This document shows positions 35,601 through 48,324 of a stretch of 64,000 nt of DNA, in pieces. This stretch comes from Lepidodermella squamata. Lineage: Eukaryota; Animalia; Gastrotricha. Position 1 is the first letter of the stretch, and each line of letters starts with the position of its first letter. The notes below the pieces were generated by a model, which was given only the letters and a program-made list of their open reading frames with translations, did no database searches and was not told where the DNA came from. The translations under genes and the position numbers were made by a program. The DNA is taken from contig JBLDXI010000032.1 of assembly GCA_047495785.1 (NCBI GenBank), forward strand, positions 1,860,001 through 1,924,000, given 5' to 3'.

Positions 35601-38384
35601 TTTTAAGGTAGATTCGTTTGAATTTTTCACTCGTTTTAATGTAGAAATACCTGTTGCTTGGCTGAATTTTGAGAGGCAACTGTTGGCTAGCAAAAATCGT
35701 GACCCAGCAACCACTCCTATTCTTTCGAAAAAAGTTATTCAGAAAATAGCCGACGAAAATGGGATCTACGAAAATGAGGAAATTGATCAAGCCTTGGAAC
35801 GTCTGTCAGATCTTGGCTCATTGCTTTATTTCAGAAACGAAGCGCTGAAAGATCGAGTGATCATCAAGCCGCAATGGATTTTGAACACCTTATCTAAGTT
35901 GGTTTCCGTGAAAAATGCCTGCGTTGTTAATGGCCGCCTTAAACACGCCGATCTCGGTCAAATTTGGAATTTATACCCACCTGAACTTCTCAAATGGCTC
36001 TTGGAATTGACAGAAGCATTTGACCTTACTTTCCCCATTCGAACTGAAGAGCTATCTATCGTACCTTGTCTTTTGCCCGATGATCCACCTAATGCGGTAG
36101 GATTGCCAAAACTTGACGATCATCCGAATCATTACCAAACAACTCTGATGTTGTACTTCAATTATTTACCTGTTGGATTGTTTAACAGGCTTCAAGTAAG
36201 TTACCCTTTCAAACTCCTCATCTTTTTAGCCCTGATAAAAAATAGGTTCGGCTGTGGCATTATTCTGATAATGGATCGATATGGCGGCGAGGAAGTTTAC
36301 TTCACAAAAATCACCACGTGGCACTTTTGACCCAATCGGAAGATAGTTCAATTGAGGTTAAAGTCCAAGGACCTTGCCCGGACAACATTGCCTATCTGAT
36401 TCTCGAAGTTGTTGAGGCATTGATTAAGGAATCTTTTCAAGGCCTGAAACCAGAGTTTTCCATCACGTGCCCGGCTTGCGTTTCTGCCCGAATTTCAGAT
36501 CCTAGCGTGTTCAAACGGTCTCGGGTGAGAAGAGCTCAAGAGCTTCGTATTCCGTACCTTCAGTGTAGCAAGTATTTCCATTCTATTGGAACTCAAGAAA
36601 TTCGGCAGCTCTTCCCCGCCGAAACGCCAGATGACTTTGAATCGCAGTTTTCGCGGGCTATTCAAGCAATATCTAGCCTACAGAAAACGTTGCATATTGA
36701 TGTTCTAATTATCGGTTGCTCAGAGGATTCAAATGCGGCCGAGATCAAAATGCACGTCTCTACTTCAGAGGTCGGAAGAGATATCGTGAAAAATTTCCCA
36801 CAGGCCAAGGTTGTAGTTATTCCCGACCCTGATTCAGCTACGAATCCGATTTTATTCGACCAGTTGGCTTTCATGATGAGATCAGCTCGTTTAATTGTTT
36901 TCTGCTTATCGGAAAAGTTCATGGCCAGTGATCGATGCCAGGCCACGTTTTTCACCGCCCTTTCAACGCTGAAGAAACGTATCCTGACGATTATGATTCG
37001 CGATTTTCAGTGGGCAAAGTACTCGGCCTTGGCTTTTCAGATGAATGATGATTTATTTATTAAGGCGACTGATCGATCGCGGTACAAGCCTTCGGATATT
37101 GCTGATTTGATCAAAAAGCATTTGGCCATTGGGACTGAAAGCTCCACCTTAAAGGAAAAATCTGATGTCTTCATCTCCTATTGCTGGCAGAACAGCCGAG
37201 ATGCGGTTAGCAAAGGTACGAAATCTACAGATAAATCGATAGGATTGACAGACCCAAGAGATATCAAGAAATTTCTTGTTGAAAGCGGCTTGAAATGTTG
37301 GATCGACGTTGAAAAAGTTTCGTTGGGCGGGCTATTCCGCGAGGTTGCTCATGGCATTGAAAACGCTAAATGTGTAGTTGTCTGTGTTTCGGACGAATAC
37401 GCCAAATCTGAAAATTGTCTTCGCGAATTTCATTTCGCTGTCAACGCCGTAAAATGTCCCGTCATCCTATGCGCTGTTGGGACAGGTTCCGCCTGGCTCA
37501 AATCCGAGGTCAGTCTGTTAGCATGTGAGAAAGCGCCTTTCATAAACTTCCAGCTAGCTTTAAAGAGCAATTACGACGAATTGCTGGTGACTATTAAACA
37601 GTTTGTTAAGGAGGATGAGATTCGAAATTTGAATGACGAGGCTAAAAAGTCCGCCTTAATTTTGAACGAAGTAACCGAGTTGGGTCAGCGGAAATTACTA
37701 CGGCATCTTGCTAATTTGAGCTCGCAACTAGCGTATCCTCACCTGGTTGTAGTCGATTTGTTGGAGAGTCCTAAGGATTCGAATTTTTCATCGCCACATG
37801 ACGCAGTTACTAAGGCAAAGTGGGGTGTTCGATTTCTGTGCGAGCATGAAGGCTCGTGGCATCCTACAGATAGCATTATTCCAATTGAAACGACTCGGCC
37901 AATACTAGATTCTCTCAATTATATTAGCGGCATGTTGCAATTTTTATCGAATCTCCCGCGTGTTTTGTCGCTGCAAATTTTCGATCCTCAAAATGAGAAA
38001 ATTATGGCCACTTTGATCGCTGAGATCGATCAATCAAAGTTTGACGTTGAATTTAAGTTGTTTCGTGATTTTGTTGTATCAATGGATCGAAATTTCTCTT
38101 GCGGTTCGTTGAAACGGTGTCATACGTCTCACGGTGTGGATCTTTGGTTGTGTACCCAGCATCAACTTTCAGCCAAGTCTGTGACTGAAACGCGAATTCC
38201 TAGTCTCAAACCGGTTGTTGCGCCGACTGCTGTTGCGAAAAAAGTTGAAACTCCGCCCGCTGCTGCGGCTAAAACTGCGGCTACTACTAATACTGCTGAT
38301 CAACCTGTAAAGCCTGTGGCAAAAGCTCCTTCTGGCAATGAGAAAACTGCTAAATCTAATAGTCGAGCTTGTTCTATGCAGTGA
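29656..38384 (+). CDS. ROCO-2: same architecture as ROCO-1 but with two MBT repeats
   Basis: ATG 29656 spliced in frame into ORF 29941. MBT repeats at about 32404 and 32914. GLGGAGKT at 35035. 13-nt microexon 35579-35591. Intron at about 36196-36245. TIR DVFISYCW; ends SRACSMQ*. Confidence 0.88.
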
Positions 38385-38461
38385 AATTATTTTTTGTTTT
38401 TAATTTTCAAAAATTATATACTTGTCAAATTCTATGACATTTTTCAATTTTTAGATTTTAA

Positions 38462-41400
38462 ATGCCTCCGAAAAAAGCAGCAGTTCCGGAGCCAAAGAAG
38501 AAAGTTCAGGCTAAAACGCTACCTGCTGGGAAAATTCAGCAGTTGGTGAGAAGTCCATCGCCCGTTGAACAGCAGCAACAGCAGCAAATATTTGTCGAAC
38601 AAGTCAGTAACAAAGGCGAGGAAGTTTTCGAAGAAGAAACCGAGGAGTTCCAAGAAGTTTCCCAGGAGCCATATGGCTTGCAACAGGAGTTGAAAGCTAA
38701 TTTGGAAAGAATTCCGTCTTGGGCGCGGAAGAATTCAAACAAAGGCATCGATGTCGTAGAACAGGTTTACATTCAAATAGTTAATGAAAATTGTCGCTTT
38801 ATTTTTGTCTACTTATTATAGAAGTTGGACCAGGCATTTCCCAGTAAGCGCCCTGTGAGGCAGGAGCTGAGTAACAACGCTCGTAAGGCTTTGAAAGGCT
38901 TTTTTCGCGAGATATTTAGTTTTTGTATTAAACAGCCCCAAGACCGATACAGCGAAAAGCTCCAGTTTTGACTACCGTGACAATCGATGTCGTTGATTTA
39001 GCCAAAAAAACGCCAGAAAGTTTCCGCTCGCCATCGGAATTTATAGTGAGTCACTTCAAATTGAGAAATTCGATAACATTAATAATTGATTTTTTTCAGA
39101 AACTGTTCGCAGTCGGGGCTAACGAAGTTCTCAATAGCGTTAAAATGCGCAAAAGCCGTGATGTTACGGATATTCTGTTTTACTGGCCTCGTTTCTCTGC
39201 GAAACAATTCAAAAATATTACGAATCTCGACATATCTTTCAGTTCGTTCGTCACTGATCTTGGTTTAAGGTGGATTTCCTTTTATTTACCCGCTCTTGAA
39301 GAGGTAAATTTCAGCAAGAAACATCTCATTTTAATATTAATATTGTTTTCAATGAAGTTAAATGCTACTGGGTGTCGATATGTTACCGAAAGTGGATTGA
39401 GATTTTTCCAGCGAGGCGAAATCAGCAAAACGCTCAACTTCGATATGACCTCTATTCGCTATCTACCCTCTCGAATTTCCTCCAATAAAGTGTCTGCTAA
39501 AGGGACCCCTATCATGGTGGACGAAGCTGCTGTTCTGAAAACTAAACGTAAAATCAAGCTTAAATGTTTTTCTGATTTTTCATTTCTTTAAAATTTACAG
39601 CGAATATCCCGCCTGAATTACCTGCGAAATTCACTGCTGCAAAAGTTGTGATTTTAAAGTCGAAGGACTTGCGAGATAGATCCATCGGACCGGAAATCGT
39701 GAAACCAGATGATCCCAGCGCTTTGATCGGATCCCCATCTTACATTTGCTCATATCGTAGCGGGCCATTTCGTGTCGTTGAATGCTGCGATTATACCGTT
39801 TCCAAGCTGGTTCTATCTGATAATTGCCTCGTAATTCTGCCATTTTTAACCGGAAGTTCGAGTGACTTTGTAAAATCAACATTAGCTTCAATTGAATCGC
39901 GTTTCAACTACGTGGTCACCGTGGTGAAAAATGCCAGCTTCATCGCAGTTCCAATCAACCTAGACCCGTCCGTAGATACAGATTTTGACCAAGTTCCGGC
40001 TTTGAATTCGGAAGTTGATGCGATGATTAAGGCGGCTGAGAAAGGTTCAGATGGAAAGGGAGAAGAGTTTAATAACTTCCCATCGGATCCTCGCTTAGCC
40101 ACCCTGCGTTTTCTTATGGATCACGATTTGCGAATTGAAGCGTCAAAAAAGGGCGTTCTACCCTGGTTAAGCAACCACATTCCCCACGCTGATATGCCTA
40201 AATCGGTTAATCTTTTGTTCCAAGCTGTTGAAAAATCGGAAATTCTTTCGCAAAAGGATAAGCCATTTTTATCGATCGGAAATTACGTTCAGGCAATGAA
40301 AAAATCTGTGATAACGCCCGAACTATCGCCGAAGTGGCCAGCTTTTTCAACAATTTTAGCCGAGACCGGAAATTGTTGGTTGGAACCTATTTCTTCAAAT
40401 TGTAGCGACGTGGCTAGTTCTATCGGACCGAAACAAATTTTAGCATCTTTTTCGAATTTCGTCAGATTTTTGAATGATTTTCTCGCTGTTTCCGACTCAA
40501 CGGCAGTCGCTGAGGATATTCAATGCCTTGCGCTAGACACGCCGCTTTGTAATGTTGAAAAAGTGAAAACTCTCATCAAACCAGCCGCGGGTAGTCATTT
40601 ATCTGACGAAGATATTTCTCGTTTTATGAACCACCTTGAGTTGAATGGAATCGCAATTTTCCGCCGCAAGTCCGCCCTTGTTCTCGGAAATCTTCGCCCC
40701 GAACCCCCCATTGGTCTCGACCAGTTCACTGAACCAGGTCAGCCGGCTCTGGCTGAAGCGTTAACGACAAATCACTTGAAAGTCTCGAAAAAATCCAAAG
40801 TGGCTGAGCCGAATACTGACCCAGCGCCCAAACATACGACACATTCCCATGTTATAAGGCTAGATTATCCGCTACTATGCAAACCTAGTGCGGTTTTTCC
40901 GCAACTGCTGGCGGTTTTGGTGAAAATTGTCCCGCCGAATTTACTCTGGAAAAACGGAGCATTTTTCTGTGAGACGTCGTTTTTAGACACCCTGGTTAAT
41001 TTCGACGATTCATCTCGCGTTGTCAAAGTCCGCTTTTCAGCTGAAAATTTCGTTTTCGATAGATCGATCGAAAAATCTCGCGGCATGCAACGGCTTGAGA
41101 CGGCAGTTTTGCATTCCTGCTCAGTAATCCACACTTTGTGTTGCCTTGTCTTATCGCCTTATGTTAAGGAGGATCTCACAAAAATCGGCCGATCGAACGG
41201 TATTAAATATTTGCCTTTCGAGAAAATTCGCCATGACGTTCATTTGAAACATTCGAGGGCGATTGAGACTTTCTCACGCCAGTTCGATCAAACCATCGCA
41301 AGGTGTTCAACCTGCCTGTTTGACGTGAAAGCCCTAGCCAATATTCGCAATTTATGCATGAACAGGCCATTTTATAAGGCCGGTGTAATCATCCGTGGCA

Positions 41401-44400
41401 GTGGTGTGAATGATTTATCAAAGAATTTGTCCCTATGTGATTGGGACACGTCTGATGAACTAGGTCAAATATCTTGCCTACCGAGTGCGTTCGTTGATGT
41501 GATGTCAGTCGATAATGTTCAGGCGATATTGGTCTATCCAGGGAAAAAGTTCGAAAAAGATTCTGAACACGTGAAATTGGTTTTCAACGAAGCTGGGAAA
41601 TTGGTCGGCCACTCCCTTGAAACAATCGCTAAGCCATCAAGTGGAGCTAAGGCAGCCCCAGCTAAGACTTCATCAGATTCGAAATCAAAAGCGACCACAT
41701 CTAGTAAAGAGGCGAAAACCACGCAACCTGTTAAGGCTGTTTCTCATTCAATTTCGTGTGGTCTGAGGATCGAAGCCACCTTAACTAAAAAAGGTTCGAT
41801 TGCGATAGAGGTTTCGATTTTAGGAAGCCCGGTTTTTGAGGCGACTTTATCGTCAAAACAGTCGAGCGTGACTGTAGTATTTGAGCCGAAAAATGCCGGT
41901 GAAACCATTAGCATTCCTATAAATTGTCACTCGATTGAACCTCAGGGTTCATACCTCAACGATTTTAGCCAAGCGTCAGTTGGGATGAGGCTAGAGGCAA
42001 TTGATCTGAAGAATAAGCATCTGCTATGTGTTGCTAGAATTGCTGAAATCGATTCAAATGGTCGCTGGCGGATCAGTTTTGATGGTTGGAATAGTACATT
42101 CGATTATTGGGCAGATCCGAAAACTTCGCGGGATTTGTACCCATGCGGCTTCATGGAGTACGTCCGCAGTTCTCAGGATAATCATGTCACGGTCAGGTTT
42201 AACGAAGAAAGACAAGTGGCTGTTTCTAAACAACTACAAGGTCCAAGCGGCAAGCCAGACGAATCACCGTTTTTTCAATGGCCAGAGTATCTGGAAACAT
42301 TGGCGGAGGAAAGCCCCGCCGCAATGCCCGTTCCGCTTCATCTCTTCGAAGAATCTCACCTACTTGGATTCACGGCTGTGGATTTTCGTGGGCAGTACAA
42401 TGTCCAAGTCCAAGACTTGCCTACCTTAACGCAGTATTGCGTAACCGCTCGTTCTTCGCTTCTTCAGCATAACTCTGTTGTGATTGATGGAGTATCCGAT
42501 CAAGGGTTACTTCAAACCCCCCGTTTCATCCCTCTCCCAGCGTTGAATTGGGTGTTATGCTGCTGGCCCTCAAGGGAGAGGTTAACCAACACCAGAGCGA
42601 CCCAGCCAAATTTCCTATGTTGCTGGCCCGATTTTATGCATTTTGTGAATGAAAGTGCGAGAAGTCACCCGACCGTGTCGATAAATTCGGTTCCACCCTT
42701 GGCTCTCGCGATAATTTTGATGAGGCTAATGAATCAGCCTCGATTCATCCCAGACGAATTCGACCAGCTATTCAGCGACCTCAACTCGTCAAATTGTCCT
42801 TATCCCTACGCAAGCATGGCGTCCAATTCGGAAAATAAGTCCTCTGCTGTCGAAAATTGCTTGCGTCAGTTTTTAATTCCATTTTTATTGGACTACTTGG
42901 CAATCCATTCGGCATATGCTGGTCAAACTATCGAAGGAATGGAAGAACGTTATTCGTATTCTATCAACGAGCCTAATAGTGTTGTTGAATCGGTAAACAA
43001 CTCGGTTGAAGCCTACCTTAAAAATTTGCATGCCGAAGGTAGTTCTCAGTCACGCTGGTCCGCAGTTACGATAAGCAACGAAAAACCCAAGCCTAAATGC
43101 TATTTATTAAACATGAGCGAGGCTGATAGCGAAATTTTCAACCGGGACGCGTTCTGCCCGAAATTAATGTGCGCCCAGCACGCTTATCATTACATCAATT
43201 TTACGAAGGCTGAGGAGGGCGAGTCGAAAATGAAATGGACATCGGCCCTTAATTCAATCGGTCATTTTCACGATAACTTTGTAACAATGTGTGCTTACAA
43301 CGCCGAGGATGTCAAGGAAATGAAGGGTCGATTTAACGAGTTATACCCTAATATGTCCGAATTCGCGGGTTTCCTCTCGACTTCCATGATTCGAACTGGA
43401 ATTTTTTCATGTACATTCCTGGCTGAGTTAGTAATTTCACATAACGAATTGGTCGATTTGCCGGCTGAACTTGCCCACCTAGCTGACACGTTGCTGAAAT
43501 TGGACCTATCTTTCAATCCCTTGCCTGAACTACCGAAAGTTGTTTATGAACTGAAATCTCTGGAATCACTGATAATCGACAACGTTCCGATCAAAGGTTT
43601 AGAAGAAAAGATCGGACAGTTAACAAATTTGAAGAACTTATCACTTCGCTATAATTGCTTATCGAAATTACCAGCGAATTTCATGCTATTGACTAAGCTT
43701 GAAACGATTGATTTGACTGGACTGCCGGTGTTGTCGAACAGCAATTCGACGGTTTACCTCGAGGAAATTGTTTCATTTTTCGAGAAAAATAACTTCCCGA
43801 AAGAAGCTAGCGATATACTAACAAAATGGGCCGAAAGTCCAGAGGGAAGCAAAACCCTTGATCGCGCTGCCGTCGATAGATTGAATCACCACCTTTTCCT
43901 CAATATTCCGAGGTTTCAATGCAAAGAAGATGAATTTCCTATGGATTTGTCGAAATTTCCCTCATTACAAGAACTGAGCCTTAGCAACCAGGGTTTGAAC
44001 AAGGTTCCGGATGAAATCGGCAGTTTGCCGAAACTTCGTTCTCTGGATTTATCGGGCAGCCTTACCCTGGAGATGATTTCCAACAAAATCGCTTCGTGCC
44101 CGATCACCTCCCTAAATCTTTCGAATTGTCCAGTCCTGAAAACGCCTCCAGCTGAGATTCGGAAACGTGGCTTGGTCCCGACTTTGGCGTATTTTAAACG
44201 GCTGATTCAGGGCTCAGTCACCTGTAAACGGACTAAATTGATGTTTGTCGGCCTGGGTGGGGCTGGCAAGACCAGTTTAGTCCATTCGTTGCTAGCCGAT
44301 AGCAATCTCGCGACTTCGCACTACGACGTAACAGATGGAATCGATATCAAAGATTGGAAAGTTGACTGTAAGGACGGTTCGACTATCGATTTTCGGATGT

Positions 44401-47400
44401 GGGACTTTGCCGGGCAAGTTGTCTACTACAACACGCATCAATTTTTCATTTCGAGCCGAGCCGTTTATCTTTTGCTATGGAATATTCGACTCGGCCACGA
44501 GCATGCTGGTCTCGAATTTTGGCTCAGCTCTATTGCGTGCCATGCGCCTAATGCCCCGATTATCATTGTCGGGACGCATTGTGACCAAGTGAGCGCTGAA
44601 AGGTCATTCCTGCCCGAAGTCAGTTATCGCGAACGGTTTGGGTCGATTGCGAATTTTCACTACGTCAGCAGTTTGACCGGCGATGGGATAGATGCACTGA
44701 GAGCAGATATCATTAAGGTGGCTCTTTTACAAAAAGTAATTCGATTTTTTGTCTTATTTTAAATTATTTCATTTCATTTTTGTCTTTTTTCAGCACATGG
44801 GCGAACGTGAGTTTTTTCATTATTTTTGCCATTTTTTCTAGATTTTCCGCTTTTATAGCTATCCCAGCTGCATGGTTGACTTTCGAAGAAAAACTCCTCA
44901 ATTCGGAAGCTGCTGAAAAGAGTGAAGCGCCTATCCTTATGTACGATAAGGTGGATAAACTGGGTGCCTCCTGCGGGATCTACGACCCGGATGAAATCGA
45001 CCAGGCCCTTCAATTTTTGTCCGATCTCGGCACTATTCAGTATTTTCGAACGGATTTCCTTCGCGATCGAGTCATCATCGACCCTCAGTGGATTGTTAAC
45101 GTGTGTTCAAACGTTGTTTCTGTTAAAAAAACGACGATAACTGATGGCAGGCTGAAGCACTCTGATATAAAGTTGATTTGGGAAGATTTCCCCACCGATC
45201 TCCATCATTGGCTGTTAAAGTTAACTGAGGCATTTGATTTGACGTTTCCGTTGAGAAAAGAACCGGTTTCAATAGTTCCGTGCTTATTGCCTGAAAATCC
45301 ACCTGAAAATTTGAATTGGCCGAATTTGGACGAAAACCCGGGTTTCAAGCAAACTAAACTGGTTTTCTCGTTTAAATACCTGCCTACCGGACTTTTTAAC
45401 CGAGTTCAGGTCAGGCTGTGCCAATTTTCTGATGGAGCTACAATCTGGCGGAGGGGTAGCTTACTACGTAAGAATCAGCACCTTGCCTTACTGACCCAAC
45501 CCGATGCTACCTCGATCCAGGTTAAGGTTCAAGGACCCTGCCCGGATAACATCGCATTTTTGATTCTCGAAGTAGTTGATACGTTGATCGTCGAAGCTTT
45601 CCAGGGCGTTCAACCCGATTATTTATTCGCATGCCCAGCTTGCGTTGCCGCGAGAGCTTCCGATGTTAGTATGTTCGAGCGGTCGAGGATTCGAAGGGCC
45701 TTCGAGCTTCGAATCCCGTTTTTGCAGTGTTGGAATTATTTTCACTCAGTAAGCACGCAAGAATTGCGGCAATTATTCCCGGCTGAGTCGTCTTCCGAGT
45801 TCGACTCGCAATTTTCTCGGACGGTTCAGGAAATTTCGAATATCAGGCAAACGCTAAAAATTGACATTTTAGTCATTGGATGCTCGGCGGATGCCAATCC
45901 GAAAGATTTAGCTAACAGCGTCTCAACCCCAGAAGTTGGGAAAGACATTGAAAAATCATTCCCGCAATCTAATGTTGTGATAATCGCCGACCCGGACGCC
46001 GGCACTGACGCGTCCTCTTTCGACCAACTCTCTGTTATGATGAGATCGGCGCGTTTGATCGTTTACTGCTTATCGGATAAATTCATGGCGAGTGACCGGT
46101 GCCAGGCTGCGTTTTTCACCGGTCGCGAAACGTTGAGAAAACAGGTTTTAATGATTTTAATCCGAGATTTTAACTGGAACCAATACCCGGCCCTGGCTTT
46201 TCAAATGAATGACGATATTTTCATCAAGGCGATAAACAGGGGTAGATACAAACCAGCCGATATCGCGACTTCAATCAAAAAACACCTTGAGCTTATTGCC
46301 TCGAAGGAGAAGGAAGATGTGAGCAAGAAACGGCCTGAAGTCTTCATTTCTTATTGTTGGCAAAATAGCCAAGACGCGGCGAGTCGTGGCACAAAGACCA
46401 ACCCGAAAGCTCTCGGCGTTACAGACCCGAGAAATTTGAAGAAATTACTCACCGAAAACGGGTTGAATTGCTGGATTGACGTCGAACAAGTCGGGCTCGG
46501 GGGTTTATTCCGCGACATTGCCGACGGAATTCGCTATGCCCAATGCATTGTCGTCTGCGTTTCCGATGAATATGTCAAGTCGGAAAATTGTTTACGAGAA
46601 TTTCATTTCGCGACAACTTCGGTGAAATGCCCGGCTATCCTCTGCGCTGTTGGTAACGGGGCGGAATGGCAGAAATCTGAGGTTAACCTGATCGTGTGCC
46701 AAAAAGCGCCTTTCATAAATTTCCAAGCTGATATGAAAGAAAATTACGAGTCCCTTCTAACCGCCGTCCGCCAGTTTGTTAAACCGAAAAATACCGAAGT
46801 TACCGAAAAACCGGTAACTAAGCGGGCGACCCTTGGTAAAATCGGCCGACTTCAAACCATGTCAAATATTCAAAGCTTTGATTCAACTGACGATCAATCC
46901 GGTGATTTGAAGCACAACTCCCTGGTTCTGCATGAAATGGTCGAATTAGGACAGCGGAAATTTTTAAGGCAGCTTATCGGTTATTCTGAAGCTGGTCGGC
47001 CGTACCCGAGATTGTTGGTTGTCGACGCGTTGGAGACGCCGAAAATCGTTGTGGAAGATGATGATTCAAGCTCGTCGGATGATGCGATAGTTAAGCTGGA
47101 CTGGTGCGCTAGATATTTGTGTGAATACGAAGGCGGGTGGCATCCGACCAGTGTTTCGTTAACACTTGACCCGAAAAACTCGGCGAATATCATCCACCAA
47201 TCGGCCGATTATCTAGGCCATATATTTTCATTCATTCGCCATTTGTCCAGCGCGTCGAGCCTTGAATTGCTGAGCCCTAAATCTGAGGAAATAGCGCCGT
47301 TTTGCGCGAAGGCACTCGCCCAAATCGAGCGAATGTCTAATCCTGATTCGAATTTTGAGGAGTATTATCAGAAATTCTGCGAGGTTGTGATGAATCTAGA

Positions 47401-47800
47401 CCAACACGGCTCGCAGGGTGGGCTGAACAAATGCCAACTCGCCCTGGGAAAGGAGCTGTGGCTGTGTCAGGATCATCAAAATTCGGTGTTATCCCGCGGA
47501 TCTGCTGAAAAAAATAACGTGGAGGCAAATCGGGGCGATGAAGAGCCGGGGCCGCTGATGTCAACTGGCAATCAAGAGGCTGCTAATGTTAATGCGAATA
47601 GAGCACGTGGACATCGAGTTGCTGCGAGAAATCAAAGCAATGACGTGGCGGCTGTTGGGTCTCCAGCAGCAGCTGTCGCCAGTTCGCCGACTCCGTCATC
47701 TGGCGTTGGGGAAAGGGCTCAGGCTCGAGGAGTTCAAAGTTCATCATCTATTCAAAGTGTTGATACAGCTACAACTAGCCGTGCCTGTTCTCTTCAATGA
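38462..47800 (+). CDS. ROCO-3: same architecture with one MBT repeat
   Basis: ATG 38462 (MPPKK). Cys-LRR LDISFSSFVTDLGL. MBT at about 41982. GLGGAGKT at 44250. 13-nt microexon 44794-44806. TIR EVFISYCW..NCLREF; ends SRACSLQ*. Confidence 0.88.
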
Positions 47801-48324
47801 TGAAGAAACAAGAACTTCCACTATTTTTCACTATTAAACTGTGCTGCTTATTTATGCTGTTGTGATATTATATCAAAAATTAGATTATTGGAAAATGATA
47901 AATTTTTTATAATTATTTTTGCTGTTTTTTATTTAGATGTTTTATAAAATCGTTAATATGACTCATCTTCAGAATATCTTCAGGGCCGAGTTCAGAGTAA
48001 TGCAAAAAATACTACGGCTCGTGATGTTTTACTACTAAACACGAGCTTTCCTACTCAATGCTTTTTGCATTTTTTGCTTTCTCTTTTCATAGCTACGCAT
48101 AATAGAATGTGCTGAAGCTGTCTGGCCTTTGGACAACAGGTTAACATCGAGGTGCTATAAATTTCTTTAAATAATTGCCGCTATAATTAATATTGTTATT
48201 CGCGCGCCATGATCACGCCACCTCAGCAACCTCTATGCGACTATTTTTTTCTAAATTTTATTTAAAAATTTAGACTTGTTTTTTGGAATCAGGTTATTTT
48301 TCCTAATCATAACCGGCCGTTACG

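Noticed and set aside
20770-47800. Calling the ROCO genes LRRK1/LRRK2, MFHAS1 or DAPK
   Set aside because: No kinase motifs, WD40, ankyrin or death domain; the MBT, TIR and CaaX elements are not part of those proteins.
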